64,000 nucleotides of DNA from positions 1 to 64,000 of IMG/VR virus record IMGVR_UViG_3300017788_000014. One strand, given 5' to 3'. A model generated the notes under the pieces. That model ran no database searches, had not been told where the DNA came from, and worked only from the letters and a program-made list of their open reading frames with translations. The stretch is from a virus. Shown here in pieces: positions 59,000-64,000 of this stretch (its first letter is position 1; every line of letters starts with the position of its first letter). The translations under genes and the position numbers were made by a program.

Positions 59000-60370
59000 A
59001 TGGGTCGAAAAAAGAAAATGTCGGGCGTCGAGGCCGTTCGGTCGCTCGGCGTAAACGGCGAGCATCCAGTAATTACTGAGGTTTTAAAGGCCAACGCTGC
59101 CGATCACGATCCACTGATCGGCTTGCCGTTGCCAACATTGGCGGCGCGGTATTTGCTGCAGGCGAATATTTTTCCGCTGTCACGTTTTACGCAATTACGG
59201 GGAGAATTCAGCGCCGGCAAATCCGCGTTATTGTTGGAAATTATGCGGTGGTTTCATGTCTACGGCGGCGGCGCTATTTTAATCGACACGGAGAACAAAG
59301 GCTCCGAGACGATGTTGCGCGGTATGTTCGGTCACAATCCGCAGTATGTCGGCCGCACGCGCGTCGAGACGGCCGCCAGTGTGGAAGAGTGGCAGGGCAA
59401 ATATATGGGATTTTGCAAAGCCATTCACGCGCAAATCGACGCCGCCAACGCGCCGGAACGTGTCATTCCAGTATGCATCGGCATCGACTCGATCTCTGCT
59501 GTTGAGGTTGACCGGCGTGTCGAAAAAGTGGCCGACGAGGGACACGCAGCCGCAGGCCATCCGTATCTGGCCCGTAATTTGTCGGACTTCATGCGGACTG
59601 CGTTAGTGCCCACGCTGCGGCACTATCCGATCGCTTTGATTGCTACAAATCATCTCAAAGAAGAGATTAACAGCATGGGTTTCGGCCCGCCGAAAAAGTA
59701 TGCTCCCGGCGGCGCTTCGCTTGACTACTATCCGACGCTAATTATTGACATGCAAAAAGCGTCGAGTAAAAATATTGCCGCCGGTCGCGCAGAGGGTCAA
59801 CCGGTACGCCTCATTGCCACCAAAAACAATCTCGGCGCTCCCGGTCGCCGTCTTGTCGTTAATTTGATGTGGTACAACGACATTGTGGCGGTGACCGACT
59901 CTGACGGCAATGAAACCTATCGTAATCAACAGTATCATTACTGGGATTGGCATACGGCGACCACGCGGTTGTTAATAGAGTTGCAGTCGTCAGACAAAAA
60001 ACTGGCGCCCGGCGTTGATCCTAAACTTCCGGGCCTTGTCAAACAGGTCTGCGATCTGGAATACAAGCACGGCACGAAAAATGCCGACACGCCGTTGGTT
60101 TATTCGTCCGCGCTCGGTATTTCAAAACAGGAGGCGGTGTCTGAGGTCGAACTGTCCATCGCGTTGGAAGAGAACAAGCGCGTACTAGGCGTGTTACACG
60201 GCTTGCTCGGCGTCAACGAGTACACGATTTGCGATCCAGCCAAGAGATATCGTCAGCAGGTCATGGATCAATTGCGCGAGCAGCAAATGACTGATGTGCC
60301 AGAACTTATGGCCGCCGCTGGCGCGGCAGTAATTCCCGAGGATTTTGATCCGCTCGGACAGGTGGATTGA
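59000..60370 (+). CDS. recA: RecA/UvsX-like recombinase
   Basis: GEFSAGKS, IDTE, IDS, TNH, PGG, KN. Confidence 0.85.
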   Translation: MGRKKKMSGVEAVRSLGVNGEHPVITEVLKANAADHDPLIGLPLPTLAARYLLQANIFPLSRFTQLRGEFSAGKSALLLEIMRWFHVYGGGAILIDTENKGSETMLRGMFGHNPQYVGRTRVETAASVEEWQGKYMGFCKAIHAQIDAANAPERVIPVCIGIDSISAVEVDRRVEKVADEGHAAAGHPYLARNLSDFMRTALVPTLRHYPIALIATNHLKEEINSMGFGPPKKYAPGGASLDYYPTLIIDMQKASSKNIAAGRAEGQPVRLIATKNNLGAPGRRLVVNLMWYNDIVAVTDSDGNETYRNQQYHYWDWHTATTRLLIELQSSDKKLAPGVDPKLPGLVKQVCDLEYKHGTKNADTPLVYSSALGISKQEAVSEVELSIALEENKRVLGVLHGLLGVNEYTICDPAKRYRQQVMDQLREQQMTDVPELMAAAGAAVIPEDFDPLGQVD

Positions 60371-60960
60371 TGGACCCGCGCGACGAGTTTTTTCAGAACG
60401 TTTTCGACCAAAATGGCCGCGGCGCTGCTGAAACCAAGTTTCAGCGCCAATTGTCATTTGAAGATCGCTGTGTGCGGCGCATTTTTCGTGAGTGCGGCAT
60501 CGCCGCGCCGCTCGGACAATTCGTACGGTTATGTCGGGATCAAACCGGTTATCCTGAGTTGAGTTTTAACTGGTTTCAGCGGCAGTTTGATTTTCCAGCG
60601 CATCTCGGCGGTAAACGCATCACGTATGTCGGCAAACGCAACAATGAGTCGCTTTATTTGTATCAATTGTCAATAGTCGACTTGTTCAACACGCGCGCCG
60701 CCACGTCGAATTTGCTGGTCCGCGCCATATCGAAAGCCATGTGGGCGAGCGACATGGACAGTGAGCGGCCGTTTATTTTTATGTTTCCGATTGTGCGTAA
60801 AATGTTTTGCGCGCACAATCTTGACTTGGTGAAACCAGATGCCGCACATAGCGACAAGCCTTGTATGCGCGCACAATTTACGCTTGAAAAATTTCGGATG
60901 ACGATCGAGCCATCTGAAAGTCTTTTTGCGGGTTGGAACAACTGGTATCCGTTTTGTTGA
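60370..60960 (+). CDS. Hypothetical protein
   Basis: TGATG coupling to recA. Confidence 0.6.
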   Translation: MDPRDEFFQNVFDQNGRGAAETKFQRQLSFEDRCVRRIFRECGIAAPLGQFVRLCRDQTGYPELSFNWFQRQFDFPAHLGGKRITYVGKRNNESLYLYQLSIVDLFNTRAATSNLLVRAISKAMWASDMDSERPFIFMFPIVRKMFCAHNLDLVKPDAAHSDKPCMRAQFTLEKFRMTIEPSESLFAGWNNWYPFC

Positions 60961-60995
60961 GAGCCGTCATGGGCCGACCGACATTACAACGCACT

Positions 60996-62114
60996 ATGAG
61001 CAGTGTGTTTGCACCTGTCGCCGTAGTCTCGTTCTCCAGTGCGCAGGTCGACGCGTGCGAACAGTTTTTGTCGGCGCGGGTGGCCGATACGGAATGTATT
61101 CCCATCGTGGATGAGCGGCAGTTGCTCATGGGCGCCGACGGCCGCGTGCTAGAAAATGGCTATCGATTCAACGCTATTGGTTTTTCGGCCGTGTGCGGCG
61201 CGTTAATCGGCGGATTGAGCAGCGTTTTTAACGAACTCTGCGGCGAGTCGCGAAATCGGTACGCCGAGAGCATCACGAATGGCGATCTGGCGGCGGCCGT
61301 TGCGATTTACAACACGGCACTGCGGGCACGTTTTGAGTTATTGCAGGAGCGCACGCTGTTGGTTAATCACGCTGATAAAACCATCGATGGTTTTCTCGGT
61401 ATTGAACATCGCATGCTTGACAATTTTGTCTTTTTTAATCTCATCACCGACGAATTGCGCACGCAACAGCCGGACAGCGCTTTTTATCGCGCGGAAATAA
61501 GTGGTCGCGAATTGCGCTTGTACTTCGTGCACAATGGCACCAAACGCAACGATTTGTACTTTGACGCGAAACATACGTTTGCGGCGGGTTGGTTTTTTTC
61601 AAATCGTGAAGACGCTGGTCTGGCCATTCGGGCCGCGCAAGCGGTATTGACGAAATTTGGCGCCGCCGTGCCCACACGTAAAAAAAGCAGTACATTACGG
61701 CACGTCGGCGCCGATCTGTTGGGCCGTACGGTGGAGTTGATTCAAAAAGCCGCCCGCGATACCGTGTCGTCTGAGCAATTGGCGCGCGGCGTGTCGCGGC
61801 TGCAGTCGATGTCGTTGAATTTTGCGGAATCCAAAAATGCATTCGACGCGGCTTTCGAACACTGGCTCGCGTATTTGACACGATTCAAAATTCCGCTCGA
61901 CGTGGCAAAAAACGTATGTCGAACAGCGGCATTTTCTGGCGCGGACTTGCAGTCGCAATCCGCAGTTGATATCTATTCGAAACAATCGGCGTCGGCGCGC
62001 ACTATGTACGATTTGTTTTGCGCGTTGTTGAAAATTTCTCGCACGCAGTATGCGAGCGTTAAAGATGTTATGCAGAACGCTGCTTTTGAGATGTTGTTTT
62101 TAGACGAGAAATAG
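60996..62114 (+). CDS. Hypothetical protein (DUF932-like)
   Basis: 'HRMLDN' and 'GWFFSNREDAG' loosely resemble DUF932. Confidence 0.5.
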   Translation: MSSVFAPVAVVSFSSAQVDACEQFLSARVADTECIPIVDERQLLMGADGRVLENGYRFNAIGFSAVCGALIGGLSSVFNELCGESRNRYAESITNGDLAAAVAIYNTALRARFELLQERTLLVNHADKTIDGFLGIEHRMLDNFVFFNLITDELRTQQPDSAFYRAEISGRELRLYFVHNGTKRNDLYFDAKHTFAAGWFFSNREDAGLAIRAAQAVLTKFGAAVPTRKKSSTLRHVGADLLGRTVELIQKAARDTVSSEQLARGVSRLQSMSLNFAESKNAFDAAFEHWLAYLTRFKIPLDVAKNVCRTAAFSGADLQSQSAVDIYSKQSASARTMYDLFCALLKISRTQYASVKDVMQNAAFEMLFLDEK

Positions 62115-62128
62115 AAAGCGAGGTTTTT

Positions 62129-63034
62129 GTGGCACGGAAAAAAGCCGAGTCAACAGCAATAAGCCAAGATACAGTTTTGGAGTCGAATCTGATTCCAAAT
62201 GATCAGATTGAGAATTTTACGCCACGCCTGCGCGACGTCATCGATGAAATTGACCAGATATTTGGCGACGTACAAGTTGCCGGTTTGACGTCGTTTTGGC
62301 GCATCGGCAAAATTATTTACGACGTACGTGTGAATCCAGAAGAGTACTTAACAGAGGAACAGCAGGCCGGCCAGATCGACGGCGCCAGTTTGATCGTAGC
62401 GATTTTCGCGCCGATCTATTCCGCCGATCAGTTGCGTAATGCTGTCAATTTTTACGAAAAGTATCCCAGCATGGCTGATGTCAATGAACTTTTGTCGTTG
62501 CGTTGTCCCGATCGTCCACGTTGGCGTATGACCATCTCGCACGCCCAGATGTTGGCGCAGGTGCCCGATGACGACCAGCGCGCTATTCTGGCTGAGAAAT
62601 GCGCCGAAGAGGCGTACACGGCCCGAAATCTGGCGTCTGAGTTGCAGGAAATTCGCGGCAATTTGCGCCCCGGAGCCGGCCGGCACCACAGCGCACCGAA
62701 GGGCCTGAAACAGCAGATGCAGGATTTGTTGCAAAATCAGCGGCGTTTTATTACGCGTTCGGAAAAATTGTGGTTGGCGGAAGATTCTGAAAACTTTTAC
62801 GACGTTGTGGCCAATACGCCGCCGGAAAAAATTGATCTGAATATGCGTAATTTGCTGGCAGAAATCGCCGAAAATTTTACGCGTATGTCTGATCTTGTAG
62901 CGGATCACAATGTCATGTGCACACGTGTGCGCGAACAATTGTCGGCACAGGAGAACGCCGCAGAAGATGCAGCGGATTCCGAAGCGGACGAAAACACACA
63001 GCCGACAAGGCGGTCACGTAACTTTACACGATAG
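62129..63034 (+). CDS. YhcG N-terminal (DUF1016_N)-like DNA-binding protein
   Basis: FWRIGK, LRNAVNFYEKYP, MTISHAQML, YTARNL. Confidence 0.6.
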   Translation: MARKKAESTAISQDTVLESNLIPNDQIENFTPRLRDVIDEIDQIFGDVQVAGLTSFWRIGKIIYDVRVNPEEYLTEEQQAGQIDGASLIVAIFAPIYSADQLRNAVNFYEKYPSMADVNELLSLRCPDRPRWRMTISHAQMLAQVPDDDQRAILAEKCAEEAYTARNLASELQEIRGNLRPGAGRHHSAPKGLKQQMQDLLQNQRRFITRSEKLWLAEDSENFYDVVANTPPEKIDLNMRNLLAEIAENFTRMSDLVADHNVMCTRVREQLSAQENAAEDAADSEADENTQPTRRSRNFTR

Positions 63035-63041
63035 GCGGCAC

Positions 63042-63578
63042 ATGATCTCGATTAAAAACATCCCCATTGTCATCGAGCCCGGAGTTAATGTTCTAGAGGC
63101 TGAGTTTTTCGTTCGGCGCAATAATCGGCCGTGCACGTTTCCTGTGCAGTTGTTCCGTATTTCGGCAGACAAAAAGACTTACAAAAATCTGCCGTTCGTT
63201 CCGTCGGTAAAAGTACCGCACGTGTTCGGGTTATCCGACAAGCCAAGCGAAGCGCTGATTCTGGTTGTTTACGACAATTTGGGTCGCATTCATTCGTTGT
63301 ATACGCGGCAGCATTTGAAAGACGCGTGGGAAAAAGAACACGTAGCGGACGAATATGCCGGCCGCGCTATTACCAAATTCTCTGTGCGCTACATATTTAA
63401 CTCGCACAAAAATCGAGCGGAATTTATGTCCTTGATCGATCGTCTGGTGACACAAATCAATAACGATCAAATGGTTGATCCGCGAGATGTCGTGGCGGCG
63501 TTTACGTTGCTGTCGCGCTCTCGCGCAGAGCCTGTGCCCGCGGCTGTCGCGACGTTGAGAGAAACGTCACCCGGTTGA
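63042..63578 (+). CDS. Hypothetical protein
   Basis: ORF within the operon. Confidence 0.6.
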   Translation: MISIKNIPIVIEPGVNVLEAEFFVRRNNRPCTFPVQLFRISADKKTYKNLPFVPSVKVPHVFGLSDKPSEALILVVYDNLGRIHSLYTRQHLKDAWEKEHVADEYAGRAITKFSVRYIFNSHKNRAEFMSLIDRLVTQINNDQMVDPRDVVAAFTLLSRSRAEPVPAAVATLRETSPG

Positions 63579-63599
63579 AGGTAGATTTATGGAGACTGT

Positions 63600-64000
63600 A
63601 TGGCGGATGGAGCCGCTGCCTGTGTGTGCGTTTTGTTTTACGGCGCTGACGACTATTGTTATCGGCTTGCGCGCCGTGTGTTAAACGATGAAATGTGTCA
63701 GTTTGCACAAACGCATCCCGACATTGACTTTCGTTTTGGTTTAAACGCATCTAGTGACGCCATCCGTTATTTTGTACGGCATCGAAGTCTCCAGTATTTT
63801 CCTGACGCCGTCATCGTCGATTGTCAGGAAAACATTTACAAGTATCCGATGATGCGTCGATTATTTCAGTCGCGTAAAATTTCAGCCGATATTGTGATGT
63901 GGTTCGATGACGACTCGTGTATTGAACCCGGCACCGATGTCAAAACATGGTTTGCGCGTCTTCAACGGCAAATCTCCGGTTGTGACGTCATCGGTTCGCG
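63600..64000 (+). CDS. GT-A-fold glycosyltransferase-like protein, truncated at the 3' window edge
   Basis: GGAG RBS; manual translation MADGAAACVCVLFYG...NIYKYPMMR...VMWFDDDS (DxD motif); the frame stays open to the end of the window. Confidence 0.6.
   Translation, partial: MADGAAACVCVLFYGADDYCYRLARRVLNDEMCQFAQTHPDIDFRFGLNASSDAIRYFVRHRSLQYFPDAVIVDCQENIYKYPMMRRLFQSRKISADIVMWFDDDSCIEPGTDVKTWFARLQRQISGCDVIGS

Noticed and set aside
59519-59544. Partial gapped match of the array unit 13 reverse complement (GTnGAnAAnGTnGC) to recA
   Set aside because: Only 5 of 9 dinucleotides match, which is plausible by chance given 14 units, two strands and 64 kb.
1-64000. Stop-codon reassignment, as in some jumbo phages
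   Set aside because: Core genes are intact in the standard code, TAA, TAG and TGA all end genes, and neither tRNA is a suppressor.

Overview
This window is a gene-dense fragment of a large tailed dsDNA phage (jumbo-phage-like), read in the standard genetic code with almost all genes on the + strand. From left to right it holds: a 5'-truncated giant Cys-repeat/collagen fibre protein; small probable virion genes; a degenerate primase-like protein; a pyrimidine-dimer glycosylase; tRNA-Thr; a compact candidate RNA-guided module; an isolated GpA-type terminase on the - strand; a DUF1257/DUF2997/AAA cassette; many small orphan genes; tRNA-Gln; and a replication/recombination operon (SbcD, SbcC, SF2 helicase, DnaB-like helicase, primase, UDG-fused family A polymerase, putative SSB, RecA). 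The most striking element is at 17.1-19.05 kb: a stand-alone Cas7/RAMP-like gene, an accessory gene, and a ~660-nt non-coding array of 14 units. Each unit is a GGCA delimiter followed by 5-nt GGY-NN repeats, and a hairpin closes the array. This is a non-CRISPR, VIPR-like programmable repeat system. A second RAMP-like gene, coupled to an IS110-Tnp/Nop-like gene, sits inside the replication operon. Several gene families hint at a Planctomycetota host (inference). All family calls come from motif recognition by eye; no database search was run.
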